In this document: piece after piece, positions 40,697 through 50,611 of the stretch | Position numbering within the stretch: position 1 is the stretch's first letter | Layout: every line of letters begins with the position of its first letter | Source of the DNA: an uncultured Roseivirgaceae bacterium | GTDB taxonomy: Bacteria > Bacteroidota > Bacteroidia > Cytophagales > Cyclobacteriaceae | Direction of reading: 5' to 3' | DNA: 64,000 nucleotides | NCBI GenBank assembly: GCA_964352625.1 | Contig: CAYGSD010000008.1 | Coordinates: 61,712 to 125,711, forward strand | Translations under genes and position numbers: made by a program | Notes under the pieces: model-generated | Seen by the model: only the letters and a program-made list of their open reading frames with translations | Told to the model about the DNA's origin: nothing | Databases searched by the model: none

Positions 40697-42118
40697 TCAA
40701 AAGGCGATTGATAAAACCAAACGATAAGTCCACTCGTCAGGTATGACGACATCAATGTCATCACCACCTGCAGGGTTGGCTCCAGAATAAATCCGGGTGG
40801 CAGCTCCCTCACTTGTTACTACCGTGTTGTAAGTCACTGAGGATTGAATTTTCACGGCGTATTTCTTCAAATACTTGGTCAGCCCGACCGTATAATATTC
40901 TGGTCGGTTGTAAATCCCAGCATCCAGGAAGGTTGCCGTGGAAGGGATGATTTCTCCCAAGGCATCCTTTTCTGTCAGTGTGTTTATTTTTTGATACCGG
41001 GCATCCACCGACCAGTCTCCCCTGAAGAGGTAGCCTGCCTGAATGTTCCATATCTCACCCAAATTCATCCGACCCCTGACAGTCGTTTCACTGTCGGTAA
41101 TGCCGGCTGGAACGGATGCCTTGGTTCGGGCATATGCACCCAATACCACGAACCCCTTGTATTTCATCAGGAAGTCCGCCACGTACTTTTCATAGTCGGG
41201 CAGCAATTCTTCGTTCTCAATATTTGTGTAGAAATATCGATCATTCACAGGTCTGGAGTTTCCGTTTCTTCCTGTCATTCCTTTGTTGATGGAATAGGCA
41301 CCTCCGACAACCAACTTTGGTTTCCACTCACGGATCATGTCCACCCCGTTGAATTCTCCACCTTGAAAAAGTCCCAGTGGAAAAATGTCGAGACGTCCGC
41401 CATATTTCAACCCACCGAAATTTTCAAAGGCGTTTTGTCCATCGCCTGTCGTGATCTCCAAATAGGATTTGACGTACAGATCACGATATATTTTGTCCCG
41501 CCGATCGACGAATAATCCGAAATCTCTGAAGACGGAGAATAACGAAGTAATCCGACTTCTCTCCACCATCTGAAGAGTATTGGAAGTCATGAAAAATTCT
41601 CGATAATTCGTTCTTGGTGCCTTTTGACCAAGGCTTACACGTGTGTACCTGAAAGGCCGATACGTGATGTAAGCATCCCACAGGAAATTGTTCTCATCGT
41701 CGTTAGGATCGTTGGGGTCTCCAATAATATTGTCCCTGCTGAGATCGAAACTCAATCGATAGGACAAATTCAGCTGCTTGCTCTGTCCGCTAATTTTTAT
41801 CCTCGCTCGACTTACTCTATATCGACTTCTGTTGTAAGAATATCCAAGCGTATCAGTACCCATAAACAACTCATATTGTGGTTGGATATAACCAGTGACC
41901 TCCATAGAGTAGTCGTTGGTTCTGGAGGTGAATTTCAAGCCGTCTCCCAAGGTATACCAATTGGGCAAGGCATATAGAAAATCCGTATCGAAAACGGCCT
42001 CTTCCGATTCTTGATCCGGGTCCAAGTCAGCATCCGGATCGTCCTGTGCCATTAGCTGAAACGTGAAGCCGAAGCTCAGTAACAGAATTTTGAAAATAGA
42101 TGAAGCCGCAGATTTCAT
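40697..42118 (-). CDS. Outer-membrane porin-like beta-barrel protein.
   Basis: The start is set at MKSAASSIFKILLLSFGF. The protein ends ...LVLSIAF. Confidence 0.5.
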   Translation of the reverse strand: MKSAASSIFKILLLSFGFTFQLMAQDDPDADLDPDQESEEAVFDTDFLYALPNWYTLGDGLKFTSRTNDYSMEVTGYIQPQYELFMGTDTLGYSYNRSRYRVSRARIKISGQSKQLNLSYRLSFDLSRDNIIGDPNDPNDDENNFLWDAYITYRPFRYTRVSLGQKAPRTNYREFFMTSNTLQMVERSRITSLFSVFRDFGLFVDRRDKIYRDLYVKSYLEITTGDGQNAFENFGGLKYGGRLDIFPLGLFQGGEFNGVDMIREWKPKLVVGGAYSINKGMTGRNGNSRPVNDRYFYTNIENEELLPDYEKYVADFLMKYKGFVVLGAYARTKASVPAGITDSETTVRGRMNLGEIWNIQAGYLFRGDWSVDARYQKINTLTEKDALGEIIPSTATFLDAGIYNRPEYYTVGLTKYLKKYAVKIQSSVTYNTVVTSEGAATRIYSGANPAGGDDIDVVIPDEWTYRLVLSIAF

Positions 42119-42129
42119 GAACCTAAAAC

Positions 42130-43347
42130 TCAAGAGTTGGTGATCAGAACAGGGAAACTGCCGTTGGTACATGACCAGATGGAAGACTCAAAACTTGAGA
42201 AATCTGCACAAGTACTTGAACCTAAATTAATTAGAATAAAGCCGCTTTCATTAGGCTCTTCAATACTATTACTCACCGCCCCTGAACTGATGTCGGCACT
42301 TGATCCATCCAGTATAGTTTGGGCTGTAGATCCAAAAATACCTGACCCACCGTCTCCATCTCCGGAGAAGTAGCCGTAGGTGGAGACCGTACCATCGATG
42401 ATGATATTGCCTTTGGTGTAGCAGTTAACCGGGCTGATGCTGGCATCAGTGGCACCAACAAAACCTCCAATATCGTCCAGTCCGCTACCGACTACCGACA
42501 CATTGCCCGTAGCAAACGAATTGGTAATCTGCGATCTGCTACCAGCATTAAAAGCAAAACCGATCAGGCCGCCAATACGGGCAATTCCTCCTTCGACATC
42601 ACCCGTGGCATAGCACTGATCTACAATAGTTGTATTGATCATACCAATCAATCCTCCAATTCGGTGGCCTCCATCAGCGACCATCTTCACAGTAGATGAA
42701 CAGCGTATGACTTCTGTTCTGTCCGCCAAACCGATGAGTGTACCCGAACGGCCAAAATCGCCATTGTCCTGCGTTTCGGTACTATGCACCTGCGAGTTGG
42801 CATCTCCACCACGGATGTGCACGTTAGTCACACCAAGCCCGTCATTGGCAGATCCAACAAGTGCGGCTGTACGGGTTCGTCCGGTCACAGACTTTGAAGC
42901 GGCTATCTCCAAGGTTAGGTTCTTGATCTCAATGGTCACTGCAATGGAGTTAGTATCATTTCCCAGCTCTCCGAAAAACCCGATATTATCGCTGGTTGGT
43001 CGCTCGATCCAAAGTCCTGAAATCGTGAAATCAGCCCCATCCAATACCCCGGCAAAACCATTGATCGGAAGCCAGCCATCGGTGGCATAGTTCTCCTCAA
43101 TGTAGGTAGTGAGGTCAATGTCATTCAGGAGCACAAAGCTGCTTGTGAGGCTATTTCGCATGAAAACATCCAGGTGCTCCGCTGTTCTGAGTTGGTAAGG
43201 ATCGGCATCTGTTCCCGATCCCAATACAGGATCCCCTCCTCCAATGATCTGGTCTATAGGATCGATAAGGGACGTATCGTCGGTGGAGCAGGATAGCATG
43301 CCTACCAAGGCCAAACAGATGTACAAAGAATGATTAAATCGCTTCAT
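42130..43347 (-). CDS. GLUG-motif repeat lipoprotein.
   Basis: There is a lipoprotein signal (GMLSCS). Repeated IGGLIG/IGGFVG–ATG–V units match the GLUG motif family. Confidence 0.5.
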   Translation of the reverse strand: MKRFNHSLYICLALVGMLSCSTDDTSLIDPIDQIIGGGDPVLGSGTDADPYQLRTAEHLDVFMRNSLTSSFVLLNDIDLTTYIEENYATDGWLPINGFAGVLDGADFTISGLWIERPTSDNIGFFGELGNDTNSIAVTIEIKNLTLEIAASKSVTGRTRTAALVGSANDGLGVTNVHIRGGDANSQVHSTETQDNGDFGRSGTLIGLADRTEVIRCSSTVKMVADGGHRIGGLIGMINTTIVDQCYATGDVEGGIARIGGLIGFAFNAGSRSQITNSFATGNVSVVGSGLDDIGGFVGATDASISPVNCYTKGNIIIDGTVSTYGYFSGDGDGGSGIFGSTAQTILDGSSADISSGAVSNSIEEPNESGFILINLGSSTCADFSSFESSIWSCTNGSFPVLITNS

Positions 43348-43362
43348 AAGGTTATTGGAAAA

Positions 43363-43387
43363 GTGAGAGCCGCGTGGCGGCTCTCAC
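43363..43387 (-). terminator. Intra-operon Rho-independent terminator / attenuator hairpin.
   Basis: gtgagagccgc-gtg-gcggctctcac is a perfect 11-bp stem, followed on the minus strand by TTTT. It sits in the 57-bp gap between the two GLUG genes. Confidence 0.55.
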
Positions 43388-43404
43388 GATTTAAATCTCT
43401 GTGT

Positions 43405-46005
43405 TTAGTCTCCTACTTCCCACTGAAGAACCGGACCGTTCGATCCACTGATTCCGGATGGCCCAAAGGCCCAAGTGGAAGTGCTTAAGTCTGGGAATGA
43501 TGATGATTGGTCTCCGTTTATGCTAAAGTCAACCCCTGTTAGGTTTGTGATACCTATGGATGCGTTACCACCCATAAGTATTGCGTCGGTATTGTAATAG
43601 CCCGAACCTAAAGTTGTTCCATCAAAATCATTTCCTGCGAAGATTCCAGAAGTTGTTGGATCTGTTGTAGTTACATCACCAGAAGAATAAACGCCATTTA
43701 TCAAGGATTTATCAGCGCTACCACTCGCCCATCCAAAAAATCCTCCGGTATCTGCATCGCCAGATACGCTACCCGTAGCATAAGAGTCTGAAATACCCCC
43801 GAATAGCGCTCCTATACCGCCCACGAACCCTCCTACACGATCAGCAATGCTGGATCCTGTGAGAGTGGTTCCACCTACGTTGGCAGTTGTAAATGATTCA
43901 GTAATTGATCCGCTAGTAATATAACCTACGAACCCCCCGGTCCTTGAAGCTGTACCTCCGACATTTGTTGCAATCGTTCCTCCAAGGACGTAACATTTGC
44001 TTATGGTTCCATTGTTAGCCAATTCGCCAACCATTCCACCTACATATTGACCTCCAAGAATACCATTTGAGTGAATTGTTAGACCCAAGTTAGAGACACT
44101 TCCTCCGTCTATCACACCGAATAAACCCACTCTATCAGAACCTGAAGTAATCCATATATTTTGAACTTCATTAAAATTCCCTTCAATCGATCCTGCAAAA
44201 TCAACGATAGGATCCCAGCCATCACCAGTCAGATAAGAATCTAAATCCACACTACCCGTCATCTCAAAATAAGCATCCAAATGTCTTCTCACGCTATCCA
44301 GCTCCAAGGCTTCATTAATTTCGTAAGGGTAATTTTCACTACCGTCTCCTCCCGTGAAGAAGGCTGTTTTGAAATCATACGCCTCATCAGCATCCAAACT
44401 GCCGCCATTGTCCGCAACAGGATTTGCGGATAGAAGAGTCACTGTGAAATCTGTAAGTGCATCCAACGTGGAGCTTGGAGTGATGGTCACTACCGACCCT
44501 GATGCGGTGAAAGTAGAAGGAACAGAGGATGCACCTGCTAGCAAAGTATAGCTACCCGATGCAAAAGTGCTTTCCACGCTGCTAGTAAAGGTCACGACGA
44601 TTTCTCCAGACCTATCCGCCTGATCTATGGCAGCACTTGTGCTCAGTGTATTTGAAGAAATCTCCACACTCGTCACTGAAATTTCTCCAGGTGCAATGGT
44701 CGTGAAGGTGGAGGAAAATGCTGCCTCCAGGCTAGCTCCGTTGAGTCCATCCGCTTCGGTGATTTCCAAAGTGTACGTGGTGGAGTTGATAAGATTAGAA
44801 GAGGGCGTGATGGTAAGCACTGCGCCGTTCACGCTCGATGTGGTAGAGGCGCTGTTGCTTCCTTCCTTCAGCGTATACGCGATGGATGATTCATCTACAT
44901 CGTCAGAAAATGTAACCGTGATAGCGCCGGAAGTAGAAACGTCAGTGGCAGCATCTGCCGGATCCACAGTTTCTACAGAGAAAGTAGGAGGAAGAACTAA
45001 ACCATCCTTATTGTTAGCTCCATCGTCGGTTAGTTGATCGTACAGCGCCTGACTAACTTGATAAGTAATTGGATCACCGTTGGCATCCCTGTTACCGCCC
45101 ATGTCCAAGTGTACCAAATTTGGGTTGGACGTTTCGTCCACTGTGAGTGTGCTCAGCACATTGGTCACACCCCCTACTGCCGCATTTGGAATGTCATCCC
45201 CATCTAATCGAAGATATTCCAGGTCCGCAAATTCAGTAGCATCGAAATCGGAAAGATTGTGTCTGAAAACTCGAATTCTGAGCATACCAGCAGGCAAATC
45301 CATTGAGGTTAGGAAATTGGCCGTGTTGGTAGCCGAATTGGTATACTGAAGCGTATCAAGATTGGCATTATTGGACAGGTCCAGCTCCGATATGCTCGTG
45401 TAGTCAACATCCAAATAGCGTAAGGCAGAGAAAAACTGTATACCATCTATATCCTGAATATCGAGGGGTGCAGAGGATGAACCTCCCAGATCAAGACCGG
45501 TGATAGTGGCAGCAGCGGCCATGTCCAGCATATAAGTTCCTTCTTCCTCGGTAGCATAGCCAAGGCCCTCAAGAGCTTTTCCAAATTCAGCATCAGGAAT
45601 TACAAAACCCTCTTCTCCTACCGTAGTAAAGGAGAATATTTCGCTGGTGGCGACTCGATCTTTGGTATCAGTCACTTGCACTTTCCAGTAATAAGTGGTG
45701 GAATTTTCCAAAGGAGTGCTAAAGGTCACGCTGGTATTAGTGCCTGTGAAAATAAGTGTCGACGGATCAGCAGTAGTGCCGAAGTACAGCGCGTATTCTT
45801 CCACGCCGCTTTCAGCTTCTGCTTCCTCCCAAGTGAGGGTTGGGGTGAGCGGTTGATTCACTGCTTCATCTGCAGGTGATGTGAGTTCAGGCACAGACGG
45901 CCCGGCGGGTTTAGGATCATCTTTGTCTTTACAAGAAATCAGAAAAATGAACCCAAAAAAGAGTGTGCACATCAGCGTGCCAAGTAATAGTTTAGACCTT
46001 TTCAT
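43405..46005 (-). CDS. Large GLUG-motif surface lipoprotein with Ig-like/LRR-like middle region.
   Basis: The start is set at MKRSKLLLGTLMCTLFFGFIFLISC. The C-terminal half has GGMVG/GGFVG GLUG repeats. The size is ~866 aa. Confidence 0.5.
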   Translation of the reverse strand: MKRSKLLLGTLMCTLFFGFIFLISCKDKDDPKPAGPSVPELTSPADEAVNQPLTPTLTWEEAEAESGVEEYALYFGTTADPSTLIFTGTNTSVTFSTPLENSTTYYWKVQVTDTKDRVATSEIFSFTTVGEEGFVIPDAEFGKALEGLGYATEEEGTYMLDMAAAATITGLDLGGSSSAPLDIQDIDGIQFFSALRYLDVDYTSISELDLSNNANLDTLQYTNSATNTANFLTSMDLPAGMLRIRVFRHNLSDFDATEFADLEYLRLDGDDIPNAAVGGVTNVLSTLTVDETSNPNLVHLDMGGNRDANGDPITYQVSQALYDQLTDDGANNKDGLVLPPTFSVETVDPADAATDVSTSGAITVTFSDDVDESSIAYTLKEGSNSASTTSSVNGAVLTITPSSNLINSTTYTLEITEADGLNGASLEAAFSSTFTTIAPGEISVTSVEISSNTLSTSAAIDQADRSGEIVVTFTSSVESTFASGSYTLLAGASSVPSTFTASGSVVTITPSSTLDALTDFTVTLLSANPVADNGGSLDADEAYDFKTAFFTGGDGSENYPYEINEALELDSVRRHLDAYFEMTGSVDLDSYLTGDGWDPIVDFAGSIEGNFNEVQNIWITSGSDRVGLFGVIDGGSVSNLGLTIHSNGILGGQYVGGMVGELANNGTISKCYVLGGTIATNVGGTASRTGGFVGYITSGSITESFTTANVGGTTLTGSSIADRVGGFVGGIGALFGGISDSYATGSVSGDADTGGFFGWASGSADKSLINGVYSSGDVTTTDPTTSGIFAGNDFDGTTLGSGYYNTDAILMGGNASIGITNLTGVDFSINGDQSSSFPDLSTSTWAFGPSGISGSNGPVLQWEVGD

Positions 46006-46048
46006 CGTACGTTTATTTGGTTGATAGTCAGCTAAATCATCGTCAAAA

Positions 46049-46124
46049 CATTGACAATTGACAATCCAAGAAAAGTGATTCTGCAGAAAAAAAGGGGCTT
46101 TCAACGAATTTTATCGAATTTTAT
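46049..46124. promoter_or_regulatory. Divergent promoter region with two short tandem direct repeats.
   Basis: attgaca appears twice (46050–46063) and cgaattttat appears twice (46105–46124), in the 139-bp gap between divergent starts at 46005 and 46145. Confidence 0.3.
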
Positions 46125-46144
46125 GCATCATTATCAATTAGCTC

Positions 46145-47287
46145 GTGTCGAAGGATCCATATAAAGAACTACTATCTAAACTGAGTGCCCTTTTTGGGGG
46201 ATTTGACGAAGGGAGTAAGAAATTTTCAAAAGCCTCAAATTCTGACATTTCCAGAGAGCTTGGGTACAGCGATGCTCAGTTTTCACGGCTTATCAACCAA
46301 CACGCCACCGAAGGCGAGTACCAAAGAGCCAATCAAAACGCCGACAGAATTCTGAAGTTAATTGAACTCGAAAAGAGGCTTGAGAAAGTAGGTGACAACC
46401 CCAAGAAGGCACTGGCCTCTCCTAGAAAAAGATTGCTTTTTCTACTGGCAGGCCTTACGCTAGGAGCGGTGATCAGTTACTTTATTTTTGGAAACGCAGT
46501 AAGCGAAAATCCCCCAGCAAGTTCGAGATACGATATGCTCGAATGGAGTTTCGAAACTTCCTACATTAATCCTTATACCAAGCTAAAAGATTTACCGGAC
46601 AATTGTGAGTTCCCATGTTACAAGTATCAGGGCAAGTGGGAGCTGGAAAAACCGTACAAGCTTCCTGTGTTTCGAGAAAGAAACGGGTTTCATTATGTGG
46701 CCACAGATGTGCGGATGTATAACACATGCAAGTATGAGCCAAGCCAGCTTGGCAATGTCCTCGAAGGGTATGAGTATCAGAGCCACGAAATATGGTACGA
46801 CATGAGAGAGTGGCCAATGGATTCATTCATGATTAATTCAAAGGCTTTCGAGCTTACACCTAGTTATCAAAGCATGAAACTTGAAGAGGAGAAATCCTTT
46901 GTGAAGATTGCCAACATCCACACCTTCTTCCGCAATGAGTTCAGACTTGACTCCACCGAGATCATTCGATCGGGGAAAGTCATAGGGCGCGATGTGGAGT
47001 TTGTGGAGCGATCCACATTACTTGAAAATTTGGGCAGCAGGGCACTAGCCGATGAAATTCTTAAGGAAGTGAATGCGATCATTATTAATCGACTTGAGGA
47101 TTTTTCAAGACCAATAAACTGTGACGTGGCACCCCTTCCCAAAAGTGATTTTCATGCCATCTCAAATGGCGATCTGGTCAGTTTTGAATGCAAGCTCACC
47201 ACATCTCGTGTATCCATTGACTACACCAAAACCTATCGATTGGTGGATCAATTTATCAAGAACAAATGCCAGCCTACTGAGAATTGA
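46145..47287 (+). CDS. Hypothetical membrane-anchored protein with an N-terminal HTH-like segment.
   Basis: It has a GTG start. Residues ~30–50 (ISRELGYSDAQFSRLIN) look like a helix-turn-helix. There is a single TM helix (LLFLLAGLTLGAVISYFIF) followed by a ~260-aa C-terminal domain. Confidence 0.4.
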   Translation: MSKDPYKELLSKLSALFGGFDEGSKKFSKASNSDISRELGYSDAQFSRLINQHATEGEYQRANQNADRILKLIELEKRLEKVGDNPKKALASPRKRLLFLLAGLTLGAVISYFIFGNAVSENPPASSRYDMLEWSFETSYINPYTKLKDLPDNCEFPCYKYQGKWELEKPYKLPVFRERNGFHYVATDVRMYNTCKYEPSQLGNVLEGYEYQSHEIWYDMREWPMDSFMINSKAFELTPSYQSMKLEEEKSFVKIANIHTFFRNEFRLDSTEIIRSGKVIGRDVEFVERSTLLENLGSRALADEILKEVNAIIINRLEDFSRPINCDVAPLPKSDFHAISNGDLVSFECKLTTSRVSIDYTKTYRLVDQFIKNKCQPTEN

Positions 47288-47293
47288 GCATCA

Positions 47294-48523
47294 ATGAATG
47301 ATCCCAAGGTGCTAAAAGTAGCCATCATCGGAGGCGGAGCAGCCGGTTTCTTCTCGGCACTGTCAGTCAAAGAGCATCACCCAGGTGCTCAGGTGATCAT
47401 GTTTGAAAAGACGAGTAAGCTACTCTCAAAAGTTAAAGTCTCAGGAGGTGGGCGGTGCAACGTCACCAATTCAGAAACTAAAATCAGCGAACTCATCAAA
47501 GCCTATCCAAGAGGGGCCAAACTACTCAAGAAAGCCTTTCATGATTTCTCTACATCCGACACGGTCAATTGGTTTGAGAAGCGAGGCGTCCGTTTGAAAA
47601 CTGAAAAGGACGGACGAATTTTCCCAACATCTGATGATTCACAAACTGTGATCGATTGTTTGCTTCGGGAGATTCGAAAACTTCATATTGAAATTCGAAC
47701 CAGCTCACCCATAGAGAAAATAGAATCAGTACCAGGAGGTTTTTTGCTACACACAAAGCATGAACAGGAAAAATTTAACAAAGTGATCATTGCCTCTGGA
47801 GGCTCGCCAAAACGAGAGGGTCTCTCCTGGCTGGAAGAATTGGGGCATGAAATCGTTGAACCTGTTCCATCGCTGTTTACTTTCAATATGCCCCGAAACC
47901 AAATCACCTCTCTTATGGGTGTCGTTTGTGAGCAAACTACCGTGAGCATCCAAGGGACTAAACTGAAGTCGTCCGGGCCCTTACTAATTACTCATTGGGG
48001 AATGAGCGGTCCGGCCATTCTTAAACTCTCCGCTTTCGGAGCTAGGCTTCTCAGTGAGAAAAATTATGAATTCAATATTCAAGTGAATTGGACGAATGGA
48101 CTGAGTGATGAACAGGTATTAGATCAAATAGATCAGGCAGCTATTTCAAACCCAAACAAGCAGCTAGCTAATCTCAAATTGTTTGGTCTTCCTGAGAGAC
48201 TTTGGCTTTTTCTTCTAACCAATGCAGACCTATCAGAAGTAAAAAAATGGACGGAGCTTGGCAAGAAGGGAATGAACAAACTCACGAGCGTCCTAGTAAA
48301 TGACATTTATAGTGTAAAAGGAAAAACAACTTTCAAAGAAGAATTCGTGACCTGTGGAGGCGTAAGTCTTAAGAGTATCAATTCGAAAACTTTGGAAAGC
48401 TTACCCTGCCCCGGCCTTTACTTTGCCGGAGAAGTGCTGGACATAGATGGCATTACGGGGGGCTTTAATTTCCAGGCGGCTTGGACGACCGCATTTATTG
48501 CCGGACAGATCAAGCAGCCTTGA
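47294..48523 (+). CDS. HI0933/BaiN-family NAD(P)/FAD-dependent oxidoreductase.
   Basis: The translation has VAIIGGGAAG and SGGGRCN motifs. The size is 409 aa. Confidence 0.8.
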   Translation: MNDPKVLKVAIIGGGAAGFFSALSVKEHHPGAQVIMFEKTSKLLSKVKVSGGGRCNVTNSETKISELIKAYPRGAKLLKKAFHDFSTSDTVNWFEKRGVRLKTEKDGRIFPTSDDSQTVIDCLLREIRKLHIEIRTSSPIEKIESVPGGFLLHTKHEQEKFNKVIIASGGSPKREGLSWLEELGHEIVEPVPSLFTFNMPRNQITSLMGVVCEQTTVSIQGTKLKSSGPLLITHWGMSGPAILKLSAFGARLLSEKNYEFNIQVNWTNGLSDEQVLDQIDQAAISNPNKQLANLKLFGLPERLWLFLLTNADLSEVKKWTELGKKGMNKLTSVLVNDIYSVKGKTTFKEEFVTCGGVSLKSINSKTLESLPCPGLYFAGEVLDIDGITGGFNFQAAWTTAFIAGQIKQP

Positions 48524-48593
48524 TAAAAGTCATCAATCTTTTTCTTGATTGCCTAGCCTCAACTTCACTAAATTTGTGAAAATTTCAACCCAA

Positions 48594-49097
48594 ATGAAAA
48601 ATCTACTTTTTACCCTCTTAGCACTTGTTATTTTTTCATCTTGCAAAAAATCAAGTGAGCAATCCAATCAAGAAAAAGAGCCAGAAGTGGCCACAGTTTA
48701 TTCTTCGTACGGTGATAAAATAGCTGCTGATGATGCACAAAGTGTTGCGATCATAGATGCTTTAATGGCTGATACAGATTCCCTAAACGTGAAACTCACA
48801 GGTGAAATTGAAAAAACATGCGCCATGAAGGGCTGCTGGATGACTGTGAAAACAGGTGACAGCACAAGCATGCGTGTGACCTTCAAAGACTATGGATTCT
48901 TTGTACCTAAAGAAGGTGTTGCGGGGAAACAAGCCATTATGGAAGGTACAGTTACCAAGACTGTAACTTCGGTTGAAGTCCTCAGACACTATGCACAAGA
49001 TGAAGGTAAGTCTGCAGAAGAAATCAATGCGATCACCGAACCAAAAGAGGAGTACGCATTCGTAGCGACAGGCGTATTGATCGAAGAGACTAAATAA
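48594..49097 (+). CDS. DUF4920 domain lipoprotein.
   Basis: The start is set at MKNLLFTLLALVIFSSC. The CAMKGCWM motif supports the family. The family name is from recall. Confidence 0.5.
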   Translation: MKNLLFTLLALVIFSSCKKSSEQSNQEKEPEVATVYSSYGDKIAADDAQSVAIIDALMADTDSLNVKLTGEIEKTCAMKGCWMTVKTGDSTSMRVTFKDYGFFVPKEGVAGKQAIMEGTVTKTVTSVEVLRHYAQDEGKSAEEINAITEPKEEYAFVATGVLIEETK

Positions 49098-50292
49098 ATC
49101 TAATAAGCCTGAACGTTACTTCACTTTCAGTTCCACGCTGAAGGATTCTAAGCGTAACTTTTTTGTCTGGTTTCGATGCAAAAACCGAGGATTCTTCTGT
49201 AAAATTCTTGGCAGTAAGCTCTGTCCCATTTATGGCTAAGACTTGATCGCCGACCTGCAATCCAACTTTAGCAGCTGGTGAATCTTTCTGAACATAGCTG
49301 ATGAAGAATTTATCGCCCTCAGGTGTAATCTTAATTCCACTCATGTCAAACTCAAAGGACTTTCCAAACAGTCTGTTTGGTTTCAGGTACAGAGTAGCTC
49401 CATGAAAATCGACAATGAAGTTGAATCGACTTAAGAGTCCCATCCCGACGGATCCCCTATTTTTTCCCTCAAACTGGTCTGAGGTAAACGAAGCAATCGG
49501 CTCTTCAAAGGTGTAAGATCCAATTTGAACGGTTCTGGTTCTGCCAACATTCCCCTTGATTTCTCCACCGCTCCCTCTCCCCAAAGTTGTCTCTACATTC
49601 TTGTATGGAACGTTGAAAATATTTTCCTTGGAGTCATAAAGAATTGTATGAGGTGCCCCGGTTTTTAGGATAAAATAATCTTCCTGTTCTTCCCAGTTTT
49701 GAAAAGCTGACTTCACAAATACTTTCACCTCTCCATTTTCAAACTTCAAGGGAACAGCATCATAGCCCGTCGGGGGCTTAAAGGAAGCGGGTTCCCAAAG
49801 AGTCATTACCTGTTTGTCATTGTCAAACTCAACCACAAACCTCCCAAAAAGGTCTCTACCAATTATTCCATGCACCACCGTTTGAGCTGTAGTTGATAGT
49901 CCCAGAAAGTCATATTCCAAGACCATGATCGAATGATTATAGCCAGTTTGAGTTCCATCTCTAAGCTCCAGAAATGCGCCATTTGCCGAATACCCTACTA
50001 ACGGCCCATCACTTGTGCTCCCCAGTGAGATCTTCCGAAGGAGCTCCACTCCATAATCTTCTGCCAGCTTTGAACTCGTCAGAATGGTATGCTCGATACT
50101 GGTATCAACAATCACTCTTATTTGCACTTTACCATTAAGCCCCAGAGGTATCGTGATTAAGTTATTATTAATGTTAAAAAACACCTTGGAATAGGTGGAG
50201 TCCTGTGGTAGACTGAATCCAAATTGCTGCCCTCTCGCGGAGGTCATTACAATTCCAATCAATAAAACGGTAAATGCTTTAGACAAACTCAT
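49090..50292 (-). CDS. PDZ domain-containing secreted protein (putative retropepsin-like aspartyl protease).
   Basis: A signal peptide is followed by two DT(S/G)-like segments. There is a C-terminal PDZ (GLQVGDQVLAINGTEL). Confidence 0.5.
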   Translation of the reverse strand: MSLSKAFTVLLIGIVMTSARGQQFGFSLPQDSTYSKVFFNINNNLITIPLGLNGKVQIRVIVDTSIEHTILTSSKLAEDYGVELLRKISLGSTSDGPLVGYSANGAFLELRDGTQTGYNHSIMVLEYDFLGLSTTAQTVVHGIIGRDLFGRFVVEFDNDKQVMTLWEPASFKPPTGYDAVPLKFENGEVKVFVKSAFQNWEEQEDYFILKTGAPHTILYDSKENIFNVPYKNVETTLGRGSGGEIKGNVGRTRTVQIGSYTFEEPIASFTSDQFEGKNRGSVGMGLLSRFNFIVDFHGATLYLKPNRLFGKSFEFDMSGIKITPEGDKFFISYVQKDSPAAKVGLQVGDQVLAINGTELTAKNFTEESSVFASKPDKKVTLRILQRGTESEVTFRLIRFI

Positions 50293-50611
50293 GGTCAAAC
50301 TGGTTTTCGCTGAATTAAAGTTATTCAAAATATCAAAGACACCTAGTTGACATTTTAAAATTCAATTCCCCCCACTTTAATTTTTCGTTAACAATTACTT
50401 CACATTTCTTTATTTTTGACCGGAAGAAAAATGGCGCTGACCTTGAATCAAGAAACCACCGTAGAAAAAAAGAAAAGCAAAAAGCTTTCTCGATTCTGGC
50501 TCGCTTTAGAAATCGTTCTTTTCATCTGCTTTCTGGCGTTTATTATTCTGAACTATCATTTTGAGTTCGTCTCCTAACCAGAAAAACCTAAGGCTAAGGT
50601 AGATTTGCTGG

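Noticed and set aside
50600-50607. A TAgaTTTG match to the Bacteroidetes −7 promoter consensus.
   Set aside because: It lies only 5 nt upstream of the UvrD ATG, which is too close to direct a transcript containing the start codon. It is probably fortuitous.
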